In this document: positions 9,722 through 19,385 of the stretch, in pieces
Layout of the letters: each line of letters opens with the position of its first letter
Position numbering within the stretch: position 1 is the first letter of the stretch
NCBI GenBank assembly: GCA_044362135.1
Contig: JBIKHN010000001.1
Span: forward strand, 111 to 64,110
Direction of reading: 5' to 3'
Source: Ilumatobacteraceae bacterium
Lineage (GTDB): Bacteria; Actinomycetota; Acidimicrobiia; Acidimicrobiales; Ilumatobacteraceae
Length of the DNA stretch: 64,000 bases
Notes under the pieces: model-generated
Seen by the model: the letters and a program-made list of their open reading frames with translations, nothing else
The model's database searches: none
What the model was told of the DNA's origin: nothing
Position numbers and translations under genes: made by a program

Positions 9722-10876
9722 GTGAAGCGTCTATACGTCATCATCTGCCTAGCAATTGGGCTTACCGCTTGTACACAGCCCGAAACCACTCAGGCTCCTA
9801 TTTCAACACTTGCCGAAACCACAACGACTACAACGACCACAACCCTCGTACCACCAGACGGAAAAGGTTCAGATGAACGAGAGCTTGTCTTGGTTGACAC
9901 CCTCTCAAGCGATGAGTTGCAGCCGAAGAGCATCGTGCACTCAGGAAATGGGTTGTTCTTTTCACAGAACATGATGTACCGACACAACATCAGCGTGTTT
10001 GATCGTCAAGGAAAGTTGGTCACCACGATTGACGACAAGGTCGATCTCAAAGCCTTCGGCGTCGACATTGCCGGTCGATCTTCGGTAGTGCGCGGTTCAC
10101 CTGTTGAAGCAGCATTTTCTCCTGATTCACAATTTGGTTACATCTCTAACTACGTGATGTATGGCAAAGGATGGGACCCAAGCGCAGATGACAAATGCCA
10201 AGGCAAAGACCGCGATCAAAGTTTTGTCTATCGCGTAAATACTTCAACGTTTGCAATTGATCGTGTCATCGGAGTTGGCGCTGTTCCCAAGTACCTAGCG
10301 GTTTCTCCAAATAACAAATTTGTCGTTGTCTCCAATTTTTGCTCGCTCGATGTATCCATTATTGATGTTGCAACCAACTCTGAAATCAAGCGCATAGAAG
10401 TCGGGCTACACCCGCGAGGTATTGCAATCACCAATGATTCATCGATTGCCTATGTCACCGTAATGGGTGGTGGCGTCATCGTTGCCATTAACTTGAACGA
10501 CTACTCAACTCGAACGTTAGAGAGTGCTGGCTACACACCAAGACATCTCGTGCTATCTCCAGACAATTCAATTCTGTATGTTTCAAATAACTTGGCTGGT
10601 CAAGTTCGTGCTATCGATCCAATCTCCGACACGCTCTTGCAATCCGTTACGACGGGAACTCAACCGCGCACGATGGTCATGTCTGACGATGGTCTCAGTC
10701 TGTACGTTGTTAATTACCGAAGTGACAATTTGGTCAAATTGCGCACCAGCGACATGCAGATCATTCAAACGATCAAAACAGGGCATCATCCAGTTGGCAT
10801 TACCTACGATGCAGAAATGCGTCGTGTGTGGGTTGCTAATTACTCAGGAACGCTGAGTATTTTTGAGGATCGATAA
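9722..10876 (+). CDS. lipoprotein with YVTN/YncE-like beta-propeller repeats
   Basis: 384 aa. GTG start, lipobox GLTAC, poly-Thr linker (TTTTTTTTT). Repeated ..P(R/V)G(I/M)a.s.D...(L)YV.N.. units. Confidence 0.6.
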   Translation: MKRLYVIICLAIGLTACTQPETTQAPISTLAETTTTTTTTTLVPPDGKGSDERELVLVDTLSSDELQPKSIVHSGNGLFFSQNMMYRHNISVFDRQGKLVTTIDDKVDLKAFGVDIAGRSSVVRGSPVEAAFSPDSQFGYISNYVMYGKGWDPSADDKCQGKDRDQSFVYRVNTSTFAIDRVIGVGAVPKYLAVSPNNKFVVVSNFCSLDVSIIDVATNSEIKRIEVGLHPRGIAITNDSSIAYVTVMGGGVIVAINLNDYSTRTLESAGYTPRHLVLSPDNSILYVSNNLAGQVRAIDPISDTLLQSVTTGTQPRTMVMSDDGLSLYVVNYRSDNLVKLRTSDMQIIQTIKTGHHPVGITYDAEMRRVWVANYSGTLSIFEDR

Positions 10877-10895
10877 CAAGTCAGTTCGGTGCTTG

Positions 10896-11810
10896 TTATG
10901 CATCAACGCGGTCGCCCGCAAGGCGCTTGCCCACTTTTTGGGTGCGAGCCATCTGCTTAAAGATGTTCTCGCGGGCACGCTCGGCCTCATCGCTCAGGCC
11001 TGTTATTTCTTCCAACTTCCAGTGACGCCTAACGCAGGGCTCAAGAATTTGATCGTGATGGATCAGCAAGTCGTAAATGCCAACCTTGGCAACGGCCTTT
11101 GAAATGCGATCAAAGTCTGGAATGCCAAGACCAGGCATTGCGAACGTGCTGACTGCGCGATCGAGACCAAGCACTGTTGCTGACGGATCAATTTCAAATG
11201 CGGCAGCAGTGAGGTCGCGGTAAAACAAGTAGTGCAAGTTCTCGTCATTACCCACCCGCGACATGATGTCGGTGCCAATTGGGTCGGTCATGAACTTGCC
11301 GGTGTTGCGATGAGAAATACGCGTGGCAAGTTCTTGCATGCTGACGTACGACAAAGCCTCAAACGCGTCGTGTGGTGCGGGAACCTGACCGGAGCGAACT
11401 TGAATCATGCGAGCACGCTCTAGTTGCACAGGGTCAACTGCGCGAGTCACGGTGAAATAGTCGCGCATCACAATGCTGTGACGGCCTTCTTCTGCCGTCC
11501 AGTTGCGAGCCCATGTGCCGAACGCTGTGTCGCTGCCGAACAGGCGGTCGATATCGCGGAAGTAATACGGCAAGTTGTCTTCGGTGAGCAAGTTCAAATA
11601 CAACGCACCACGAACCGCTTCATCAATGTCGCTACCAGCGTCGCCAAAGTCGGCGTCTTCTGGAACCCATTGGTGATTCGGATCAAAATCTTTGCCACGG
11701 CTGTACGGCACCATTTCGTGCGGAAACCATTCTTTAGCAACACCCATGTGACGCTCAAGCAATTTCTCGGCTACTGGCTCGAGTTCAGCAATCAACGTCA
11801 GGTCGTTCAT
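10896..11810 (-). CDS. soluble diiron acyl-ACP desaturase (DesA-type)
   Basis: 304 aa. LTEDNLPYY, WTAEEGRHS, QELATRISHRNTG and DENLHYLFYRD match mycobacterial DesA1/2-type desaturases. Confidence 0.8.
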   Translation of the reverse strand: MNDLTLIAELEPVAEKLLERHMGVAKEWFPHEMVPYSRGKDFDPNHQWVPEDADFGDAGSDIDEAVRGALYLNLLTEDNLPYYFRDIDRLFGSDTAFGTWARNWTAEEGRHSIVMRDYFTVTRAVDPVQLERARMIQVRSGQVPAPHDAFEALSYVSMQELATRISHRNTGKFMTDPIGTDIMSRVGNDENLHYLFYRDLTAAAFEIDPSATVLGLDRAVSTFAMPGLGIPDFDRISKAVAKVGIYDLLIHHDQILEPCVRRHWKLEEITGLSDEAERARENIFKQMARTQKVGKRLAGDRVDA

Positions 11811-11819
11811 ATGTCAACC

Positions 11820-12677
11820 TTACTCGCCTGTTTCAGCCAGAAGGCGTCGCACTAAACGTGCAAGTGGCTCACGAAAATCTGGCAACAATGCAACGCCTTC
11901 CTCAATCATGCGTCCGTTATGCAATACCGAGTTGGCTGGCCGTTGTGCAGGACGAGGTGGTTGCAAGTCACTCGTAGAAATTGGTTTCACTTTTGCTGCA
12001 TCCATTCCTGCAGTTAGGAGTACCTCACGCGCAAACTCGTACCAACTGACCACACCTTGATTCGTCACGTGCCATATTCCGCCAAGACCACTTGTTGCAA
12101 TGTGCACAATTGCTTTTGCTGCATCGTCGGCAAAAGTTGGATTACCAATTTGATCATCAACAAATTTCAGCTCGGGCATCGTTGCACCAAGCTTCAAAAT
12201 GGTCTTCACCATGTTGGCACCATGGAAACCACACACCCAAGAAATGCGTACGATCGCATCTTGCTCACCCATTGCTTGTTCGCCAGCAAGCTTGCTGGCG
12301 CCGTACGCGCTTTGTGGATTGGGCACATCGTCTTCGTTGTACGGCGTTGGCTTGCTGCCGTCAAATACATAGTCGGTACTGATGTACACCACTCGTGCGC
12401 CTACCGCATGCGCGGCATCGGCAACATACTGCGAAGCAGTTCCATTCACATTCATGGCTTTGGCAATATCGCCTTCGCATGCATCTACTGCAGTCCATGC
12501 AGCCCCATGAATCACAACATCAGGTTTTGCTGAGCCAATTGCAATACGCACTGCTTCTTCATCAGTGATATCGAGTTGCGCGTGTGTGGTGGCAATTGCT
12601 TCGTGCCCTACAGCACGAATGGCATCGACTAGTTCATGCCCAAGCTGGCCACCTGCTCCGGTGACAAATAGCTTCAT
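11820..12677 (-). CDS. rmlD: dTDP-4-dehydrorhamnose reductase
   Basis: ORF 11820..12707 trimmed to MKLFVTGAGGQLG. That ATG overlaps the rmlB stop (TAATG). Confidence 0.9.
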   Translation of the reverse strand: MKLFVTGAGGQLGHELVDAIRAVGHEAIATTHAQLDITDEEAVRIAIGSAKPDVVIHGAAWTAVDACEGDIAKAMNVNGTASQYVADAAHAVGARVVYISTDYVFDGSKPTPYNEDDVPNPQSAYGASKLAGEQAMGEQDAIVRISWVCGFHGANMVKTILKLGATMPELKFVDDQIGNPTFADDAAKAIVHIATSGLGGIWHVTNQGVVSWYEFAREVLLTAGMDAAKVKPISTSDLQPPRPAQRPANSVLHNGRMIEEGVALLPDFREPLARLVRRLLAETGE

Positions 12678-13636
12678 TACTTTTTGCCCTTGAGAGGCTC
12701 CCACCACCAGCGATTATCGCGGTACCACTTCACAGTTTCTTCAAGTGCTTCGTCGAGTGAGCGCTCGCGCTTCCAACCCAACGTGGTGATCTTGGCAATG
12801 TCTACCGAATACCTGCGATCGTGACCCTTGCGGTCTTCAACGTATTGCACGCTTGATTCATCTTTGCCATGTAGTGCGAGCAGCTTGTCCACCAATACAC
12901 GGTTTGCAGTTTCGTTTCCTGCGCCAATGTTGTAGATCTCGCCAACATTGCCCTTTTCCAACACCAAATGCACGCCTGTGCAATGGTCGTCTACATACAA
13001 CCAGTCGCGCTCGTTCAAGCCATCGCCGTACAACGGAATCTGCTTGCCATCAAGCAAGTTAGTGGTGAACAACGGAATTGCTTTTTCTGGGTATTGGTAC
13101 GGACCAAAATTGTTGGTGCATCGAGTAACCGCGACTGGCAAACCGTGTGTTGCGTGATACGACAACGCAATCAGGTCACTACCCGCTTTACTTGCCGAAT
13201 ACGGCGAGCGCGGCTCAAGTCCGTCGGTTTCTTTCGACGAGCCAACTTCAACCGAACCGTACACCTCATCAGTGCCAATGTGCACCACACGCTGCATGTC
13301 TAAACGTCGCGCTGCGTCCATGATCACGTTGGTACCGAAACAGTTGGTGAGAATGAAGTCTTCGCTGCCCTCGATTGAACGATCCACGTGGCTTTCTGCA
13401 GCAAAGTGAACCACTGCATCGTGCCCACGCATTGCGGCATCTACATCGCCAGGTTGGCAAATATTGCCCTTCACGAATGAGTAACGCTTGTTGTCGTCAA
13501 CATCTTTCAATGTGGACAAGTTGCCTGCGTAGGTAAGTGAGTCAAACACGGTGACTTCGTGGTCGGAATTTGCAAGCACCCAGCGCACGTAGTTTGAGCC
13601 AATAAAGCCGGCGCCGCCGGTAACAAAAATCTTCAT
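12677..13636 (-). CDS. rmlB: dTDP-glucose 4,6-dehydratase
   Basis: 319 aa. MKIFVTGGAGFIGSNYV, YSASKAGSD catalytic YxxxK. Confidence 0.95.
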   Translation of the reverse strand: MKIFVTGGAGFIGSNYVRWVLANSDHEVTVFDSLTYAGNLSTLKDVDDNKRYSFVKGNICQPGDVDAAMRGHDAVVHFAAESHVDRSIEGSEDFILTNCFGTNVIMDAARRLDMQRVVHIGTDEVYGSVEVGSSKETDGLEPRSPYSASKAGSDLIALSYHATHGLPVAVTRCTNNFGPYQYPEKAIPLFTTNLLDGKQIPLYGDGLNERDWLYVDDHCTGVHLVLEKGNVGEIYNIGAGNETANRVLVDKLLALHGKDESSVQYVEDRKGHDRRYSVDIAKITTLGWKRERSLDEALEETVKWYRDNRWWWEPLKGKK

Positions 13637-13644
13637 GTGCTAGA

Positions 13645-14211
13645 TCAGGTCCTGAGTGAAAAGTGCGGCTGAAACTGCGGGTCAATGTTGTCGCGCGTGG
13701 GGTTGTCCTGATCGCGCTTGCTCAAAATTGGGTTTGCAAAGCCCCAGTCGGCCTTCACTGCTGGGTCGTTGTACGCAAGGCCACGCTCGTCGGCCGGGTT
13801 GTAATAGCTGTCCACCAAATAGGTAATGGTCATGTCGGTAAGCGAAGCAAAACCGTGCGCAACACCTGGTGGAATGAAAATGCCGCGGTGATCATGCGAG
13901 CCGTCTGCCTGAGTTCCTAAATCGATTACCTGTGTTGCGCCATCGGTTGGCGAACCTGTGCGCAAGTCATGCAACACCACGCGGCACGAACCATATGGCA
14001 CGTACCAGTAGTCGCTTTGGTGCAAGTGATAGTGCAATCCAACAACGCATCCCGCTTGACGATCGCCGCGGTTGCCCTGAATCATTTCGCGGCCGAGTGG
14101 AAACCACTGGCGACGATACGTTTCGATAAAGAAGCCACGCTCGTCTTTGAACATGGCAGGTTCAACAATCTGCACGTCTTTGATCACGGTTGATTCAGTA
14201 ATGACAGCCAT
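13645..14211 (-). CDS. rmlC: dTDP-4-dehydrorhamnose 3,5-epimerase
   Basis: 188 aa cupin. DERGFF, RGLHYH-like (VVGLHYHLHQ) and GVAHGF motifs. Confidence 0.9.
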   Translation of the reverse strand: MAVITESTVIKDVQIVEPAMFKDERGFFIETYRRQWFPLGREMIQGNRGDRQAGCVVGLHYHLHQSDYWYVPYGSCRVVLHDLRTGSPTDGATQVIDLGTQADGSHDHRGIFIPPGVAHGFASLTDMTITYLVDSYYNPADERGLAYNDPAVKADWGFANPILSKRDQDNPTRDNIDPQFQPHFSLRT

Positions 14212-15296
14212 TATTCAAGTTCTACTTTCGAGTCGTCGCCCAACATGAGGCGTAGTGCACGAGGTTTCTGCTCCGAACGCGTTACTTGCACATCGCGACC
14301 AATGAGCGAGTCGGTGAGACGTTCAATGCCAACAATGCTAGAACCATCCAACACCACGCTGTGCTCCATTTCGGAATGTTCAACTTTGCAATTGCGACCA
14401 AGCGACGTATATGGCCCGATGTATGCGTGATCAATAACTGACCCAGCACCAATAACTACTGGTCCGCGAATGCGCGAGTTGCGAACAACCGCACCCTTTT
14501 CAATTACCACACGACCTTCAATTTGTGACGAGGCATCAACGTCGCCTTCGTTGCGTGCCTGCAAGACTTCAAGCACCAGACGATTACATTCAAGCAACGG
14601 GTCTTTTTTGCCGGTGTCAATCCACCAACCTTCAAGCACCTTGTGATTCACCACATAGCCCTGTTCAACAATCCATTGAATGGCATCGGTGATTTCAAGT
14701 TCACCGCGAGGCGATGGCTTAATTGCACGCACTGCATCGTTAATGGTTTTGTCAAACAAGTACACACCAACGAGCGCCAAGTCGGACGGTGGGTTCTGTG
14801 GCTTTTCCACCAACCGAACAACGTGACCTTCGGCTGTTACTTCGGCAACACCAAACTGACGCGGGTCGTCAACATGGCACAACAAAATTTGTGCGGTTGG
14901 CGCCTTTGGTCCGCCTGCTTTGCGTGCAGCTTCAAACTCATCAACAAACTCATTCAACCCTTGCTCGAGCATGTTGTCGCCCAAGTACATGACGAAATCG
15001 TCGTCGCCCAAGAAGTCGTGTGCAATAAGTACGCAGTGCGCCAAACCAAGCGGAGCATCTTGCGGGATGTAGGTGACCTGTACGCCAAACTGCGAGCCAT
15101 CACCTACTGCTGCACGAATCTCTTTGCCCGTCTCGCCAATAATGATGCCGATCTCGCGAATGCCCGCCTTGGCCATTGCCTCAATGCCATAGAACAAAAT
15201 GGGCTTGTTGGCGATTGGCACCAGTTGTTTGGCGCTGGTGTGGGTGATGGGCCTAAGGCGCGTTCCCGCACCGCCCGAAAGAATGAGACCCTTCAT
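14211..15296 (-). CDS. rmlA: glucose-1-phosphate thymidylyltransferase, long form with C-terminal left-handed beta-helix
   Basis: 361 aa. MKGLILSGGAGTRLRPITHTSAKQLVPIANKP. C-terminal hexapeptide-repeat region. 1-nt overlap with rmlC. Confidence 0.85.
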   Translation of the reverse strand: MKGLILSGGAGTRLRPITHTSAKQLVPIANKPILFYGIEAMAKAGIREIGIIIGETGKEIRAAVGDGSQFGVQVTYIPQDAPLGLAHCVLIAHDFLGDDDFVMYLGDNMLEQGLNEFVDEFEAARKAGGPKAPTAQILLCHVDDPRQFGVAEVTAEGHVVRLVEKPQNPPSDLALVGVYLFDKTINDAVRAIKPSPRGELEITDAIQWIVEQGYVVNHKVLEGWWIDTGKKDPLLECNRLVLEVLQARNEGDVDASSQIEGRVVIEKGAVVRNSRIRGPVVIGAGSVIDHAYIGPYTSLGRNCKVEHSEMEHSVVLDGSSIVGIERLTDSLIGRDVQVTRSEQKPRALRLMLGDDSKVELE

Positions 15297-15331
15297 ATCG
15301 GGTCTAGGTTAGGCGAACTAGCGTCGTATCC

Positions 15332-16549
15332 ATGGCCGAACCGCTACTTCACGCCTTTGCCAAGCCCACCAAGACCGATTTCATTCGCATCGTGCGTGGA
15401 AGTGGAGCCCTGCTATGGGACGACAAGGGCAACGAGTACATCGATGCAATTGGGAGTTTGTGGTACAGCCAAGTCGGTCACGGCAATGCAGAAATTGCCG
15501 ATGCTGTTGCTGAACAAATTCGCACGCTCGAGACATATTCAATCTTTGATCCATTCACGAATGAGATGGCCGAACAATTGGCTGCCAAGTTGGTATCTCT
15601 CTCGCCTCTTCCCGAATCACGCGTATTTTTGTGCGGCAGTGGATCAGAAGCTATTGACACGGCTATGAAACTTGCGCGTGTTGCTCACGTACAAGCTGGC
15701 CATCCAGAAAAGACCATCATCATTTCACGCAACCGCGGCTACCACGGCACCAACTACGGCGGCACCAGCGCCCAAGGTTTGCCACTCAACAAAATTGGTT
15801 ACGGTCAATTACTTCCAGAAGTCGTGCAAGTAGACAGCGACAACATTGAAGACCTCGCAACATTTATGAAAGATAACGGCGCACGTGTTGCTGCAATCAT
15901 CACCGAGCCATTGCAAGGTGCGGGCGGCGTGTATCCACCAGCAGACGGATACTTAGAAGGCGCACGAAAGTTGTGCGATCAATACGGGGCGCTACTTATT
16001 TTTGACGAAGTGATTACCGGCTTTGGTCGACTAGGCACATGGTTCGCCGCTAACTACTACAACGTTGTTCCCGACCTGCTGTGCTTCGCAAAGGGTGTTA
16101 CTTCCGGGTATCAACCACTTGGCGGCGTATTCGTCGGCCGCACTGCATTGAACGCACTCGAGCGCGACCCAGATTTCTTTTTGCGACATGGCTACACCTA
16201 TTCGGGACACTCTGCCGTATGTGCTGCAGCGTTGAAGAATCTGGAAATCATTGAACGTGACGGATTGATTGAGCGTGCCAAGCATGTTGGAAAGCGTTTG
16301 AGCGATGGGTTGCACTCACTGGCTGCTGACGGCGTAATCGATTCTGTTCGCGGTGCCGGCGCAATCTGGGCAGCGGCTTTAAAGCCAGATCAAAACTGTG
16401 TAACCATTCGCGACAATATGATTAAGCGCGGAGTCATTGCCCGCTCCATCAACGCAGACACCAACGCATTTTGCCCGCCTTTCGTCATTACCGATCAACA
16501 AATAGACACTCTGCTCGACGTCTTTGCCGCAGCAGCACAAGGAAAGTAG
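15332..16549 (+). CDS. class III (omega-type) PLP aminotransferase
   Basis: 405 aa. GSGSEAIDTAMKLAR, DEVITGFGRLG and a FAKGVTSGYQPLG lysine motif. Confidence 0.8.
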   Translation: MAEPLLHAFAKPTKTDFIRIVRGSGALLWDDKGNEYIDAIGSLWYSQVGHGNAEIADAVAEQIRTLETYSIFDPFTNEMAEQLAAKLVSLSPLPESRVFLCGSGSEAIDTAMKLARVAHVQAGHPEKTIIISRNRGYHGTNYGGTSAQGLPLNKIGYGQLLPEVVQVDSDNIEDLATFMKDNGARVAAIITEPLQGAGGVYPPADGYLEGARKLCDQYGALLIFDEVITGFGRLGTWFAANYYNVVPDLLCFAKGVTSGYQPLGGVFVGRTALNALERDPDFFLRHGYTYSGHSAVCAAALKNLEIIERDGLIERAKHVGKRLSDGLHSLAADGVIDSVRGAGAIWAAALKPDQNCVTIRDNMIKRGVIARSINADTNAFCPPFVITDQQIDTLLDVFAAAAQGK

Positions 16550-16555
16550 AACATC

Positions 16556-17308
16556 ATGGGTCAACTCACAGGTCAGCGTGCATTCATTACTGGCGGGGCA
16601 AGTGGAATTGGTGCCGAAATGGCCCGTCGCTTCACGAAGGAAGGCGCAACTGTTGTCGTTGCCGACGTGAATGACACCCTCGGCAAGCAAGTAGCAGCCG
16701 AAGTTGGTGGCGAATACGTACACCTAGACGTAACCAGCGCCAAGGCATGGGAAGAGCAGTACGAAATTGACAACAACTTCGACATCGTGTGTTTAAACGC
16801 TGGCGTTTCCACGCATCAGAACGTGCTTGGCGACCCAAGCACCTACCCGCTTGAACGCGTTGACAATGATTCGTACTACCGCATTATGAGCATCAACGTG
16901 GATGGTGTGGTGTTTGGCGCTCGCGGAATTGTTCCGCACATGGTTGCCCGCAAAAGCGGTCACATTTTGGTGACAGCTTCACTTGCTGGAATTATCCCAA
17001 TTGCTCCAGACCCGATTTATGGTCTTACCAAGCACGCAATGGTTGGTTTTGTAAAGAGCATGGGACAAGCGCTTGAACCACACGGCGTATGCATCAGCGC
17101 GTTGTGCCCAGGGTTCCTCGACACGCCATTGGTGAGTCCGCTCGCTCGTGAGTTCGCATCAACATTTAGCCTTGGCGTCATGCCAGTAGAAGTTGCAGGC
17201 GACCTCGCCATGCGCGCACTCACCGAACGTATCAACGGTTCGCAGTGGGTGGTGTCGGCAGGCTTCCCTATCGCTCGGTACGAACACAAAGATCCGTTCC
17301 TCGGCTAA
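16556..17308 (+). CDS. short-chain dehydrogenase/reductase
   Basis: 250 aa. ITGGASGIG Rossmann motif, YGLTKHA catalytic YxxxK. Confidence 0.8.
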   Translation: MGQLTGQRAFITGGASGIGAEMARRFTKEGATVVVADVNDTLGKQVAAEVGGEYVHLDVTSAKAWEEQYEIDNNFDIVCLNAGVSTHQNVLGDPSTYPLERVDNDSYYRIMSINVDGVVFGARGIVPHMVARKSGHILVTASLAGIIPIAPDPIYGLTKHAMVGFVKSMGQALEPHGVCISALCPGFLDTPLVSPLAREFASTFSLGVMPVEVAGDLAMRALTERINGSQWVVSAGFPIARYEHKDPFLG

Positions 17309-17312
17309 CTAC

Positions 17313-18524
17313 GTGAGTAAGCCAGAGTTCAATCCGTTTAACCCGGAGTTTCGCGCTCATCCGTACCCGTTTTACGACGCACTGCGTTCGCACGAACCTG
17401 TGCACACCACCGAGTTCGGTATGGTGGTACTAACGCGTTACGAGGATGTCTCGACAACGCTGAAAAGCGCAGACTTCAGTCGCGACATTGAAAGGTATTC
17501 AACGCAAGCAACTTCAGAAGCGCGTCAGCGCCGACGTGAAATGCAGCGCGAACGTACAAAGTCCATTCTGAACCTCGACCCACCAGACCACACTCGCTTG
17601 CGTCGCATCGTGTCGAAATCGTTTACGCCAAGCGCAATGGAAAAACTTCGCGGTCGCATTCAGCAATTAGTTGACACAGTTCTTGATGCCGCTCAAGAGC
17701 GCGGGTCCATTGAACTGATCGACGACCTTGCATTCCCGGTTCCATTTCAAGTGATTTCCGACTTGCTCGCCATGCCAACTGAGCGCGCCGACGAAATGCG
17801 TGAATGGTCGCAGATCATTACCAATTCACTCGAGCCAACTGCAACCGATGAAGAACTCGCACAGTCCGATGCAGCAGTTGCCCAACTGGTTCCCTACCTC
17901 ACATCAATCATTGAAGAGCGTCGCAAGAATTTGGGCGACGACATGTTGTCGAGTTTGATTACCGCAGAAGAAGCGGGCGACAAAATGACCACTGATGAAC
18001 TGATGGCATTCCTCGTGTTGCTGTACATCGCCGGTCATGAAACCACAGTGAACCTCATTGGCAACTCAACACTTGCGCTGTTGCGCCACCCTGACCAAGC
18101 TTCACTCGTGCATCAACACGGGCTCAATTCGCAAGCGATTGATGAGTTGTTGCGCTTTGACGGACCAGTGCAACACACCGTGCGTATTCCGCTAAAGCCA
18201 GTGCAGTACAAAGCACAAGGCAACACCTTCACCATCGAGCCTGGAACCGTGGTGCTCACTTCACTTGGCGCCGCGAATCACGACCCCTCGATTTTTGAAG
18301 CGCCACATGAGTTGCGCCTCGACCGCCCTAACTCGCATCGCCATATGGCATTTGCTTCAGGCATTCACTATTGCTTGGGTTCAGCACTCGCCAAACTGGA
18401 AACCGAAGTTGCTGTTGGATCGCTCTTTCAACGCTTCCCCGGCATGCAGATTGTTGGCACGCCTTCATGGCGCGATCGCCTCACCATTCGAGGCGTAAAC
18501 CAGTTGCAGCTCAGTCTTTTGTAA
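17313..18524 (+). CDS. cytochrome P450
   Basis: ORF 17193..18524 trimmed to the in-frame GTG 17313 just after the SDR stop. AGHETT I-helix, ELLRF (ExxR) and heme loop FASGIHYCLGSALA. Confidence 0.85.
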   Translation: MSKPEFNPFNPEFRAHPYPFYDALRSHEPVHTTEFGMVVLTRYEDVSTTLKSADFSRDIERYSTQATSEARQRRREMQRERTKSILNLDPPDHTRLRRIVSKSFTPSAMEKLRGRIQQLVDTVLDAAQERGSIELIDDLAFPVPFQVISDLLAMPTERADEMREWSQIITNSLEPTATDEELAQSDAAVAQLVPYLTSIIEERRKNLGDDMLSSLITAEEAGDKMTTDELMAFLVLLYIAGHETTVNLIGNSTLALLRHPDQASLVHQHGLNSQAIDELLRFDGPVQHTVRIPLKPVQYKAQGNTFTIEPGTVVLTSLGAANHDPSIFEAPHELRLDRPNSHRHMAFASGIHYCLGSALAKLETEVAVGSLFQRFPGMQIVGTPSWRDRLTIRGVNQLQLSLL

Positions 18525-19383
18525 GACGAGCAATCAAACTGCTGGTGTCCCAGCGCTTGCCGCCCATGGCAATGACTTCTTCGTAAAACTTGTCGACCAT
18601 TTCGGTCATGGCTAGCTGTGCCCCATTGCGCTTTGCTTCATCAAAACAAATAGCCAAGTCTTTGCGCATCCATTCCACGGCAAACCCAAATTCAAATTCG
18701 TCGCGGACCATTGTCTTTGCGCGATTCTCCATTTGCCACGACTGTGCGGCGCCTTTGGAAATGACATCAACGACATCGTCTGGGTTCAACCCTGCGCGCA
18801 TGGCGAAGTTCAACGCTTCAGACAAGCCTTGCGCAATACCAGCGATGCAAATTTGATTGACCATCTTTGCCAACTGGCCAGAGCCCGCATTGCCCAACAA
18901 TTGACAACGCTTGGCATACGCATCGATAACAGTGTTCACGAGGTCAAACGATGTCTGGTCGTTGCTTCCACACATCACGGTGAGTTGTCCGTTTTCAGCA
19001 CCTGCTTGACCACCAGAAACTGGAGCATCGACAAACCCTGCGCCAACAGCAGCACATGCATCGGCCAATTCGCGCGCAAGCGTTGCAGATGCTGTGGTGT
19101 GATCAACAAGTACTGAACCAGATTTCAATCCGGCAAGCACGCCATCATGGCCAAAGACCACCGAGCGAACGTCGTTGTCGTTACCGACACACATGAACAC
19201 GATGTCGCTCTGTTGTGCAACTTCGCGCGGAGTCAATGCCCGCGAACCACCATGCTCGGCAACCCACGCATCTGCTTTCTCAGTTGTGCGGTTGTACACC
19301 ACAACGTCGTGACCGGCTTTTGCAAGATGGCGAGCCATTGGCCCACCCATAATTCCTAAACCGACGTAGCCAATGTTTGCCAC
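18511..19383 (-). CDS. NAD(P)-dependent 3-hydroxyisobutyrate dehydrogenase-family oxidoreductase
   Basis: 290 aa. IGYVGLGIMGGPMARHL N-terminus, 6-PGDH-like C-domain. 14-nt convergent overlap with the P450 gene. Confidence 0.8.
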   Translation of the reverse strand: MANIGYVGLGIMGGPMARHLAKAGHDVVVYNRTTEKADAWVAEHGGSRALTPREVAQQSDIVFMCVGNDNDVRSVVFGHDGVLAGLKSGSVLVDHTTASATLARELADACAAVGAGFVDAPVSGGQAGAENGQLTVMCGSNDQTSFDLVNTVIDAYAKRCQLLGNAGSGQLAKMVNQICIAGIAQGLSEALNFAMRAGLNPDDVVDVISKGAAQSWQMENRAKTMVRDEFEFGFAVEWMRKDLAICFDEAKRNGAQLAMTEMVDKFYEEVIAMGGKRWDTSSLIARLTKD

Positions 19384-19385
19384 GT

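Noticed and set aside
9820-9850. Run of ACN codons that looks like a short tandem DNA repeat
   Set aside because: It encodes a poly-Thr linker inside the lipoprotein ORF and uses mixed Thr codons. It is neither a CRISPR nor a satellite-type repeat.
14643-15668. 341-aa plus-strand ORF
   Set aside because: It lies antisense across the well-supported rmlA gene and runs into the aminotransferase gene in another frame. It has no recognisable motif and an Arg/Cys/His-rich shadow-ORF composition.
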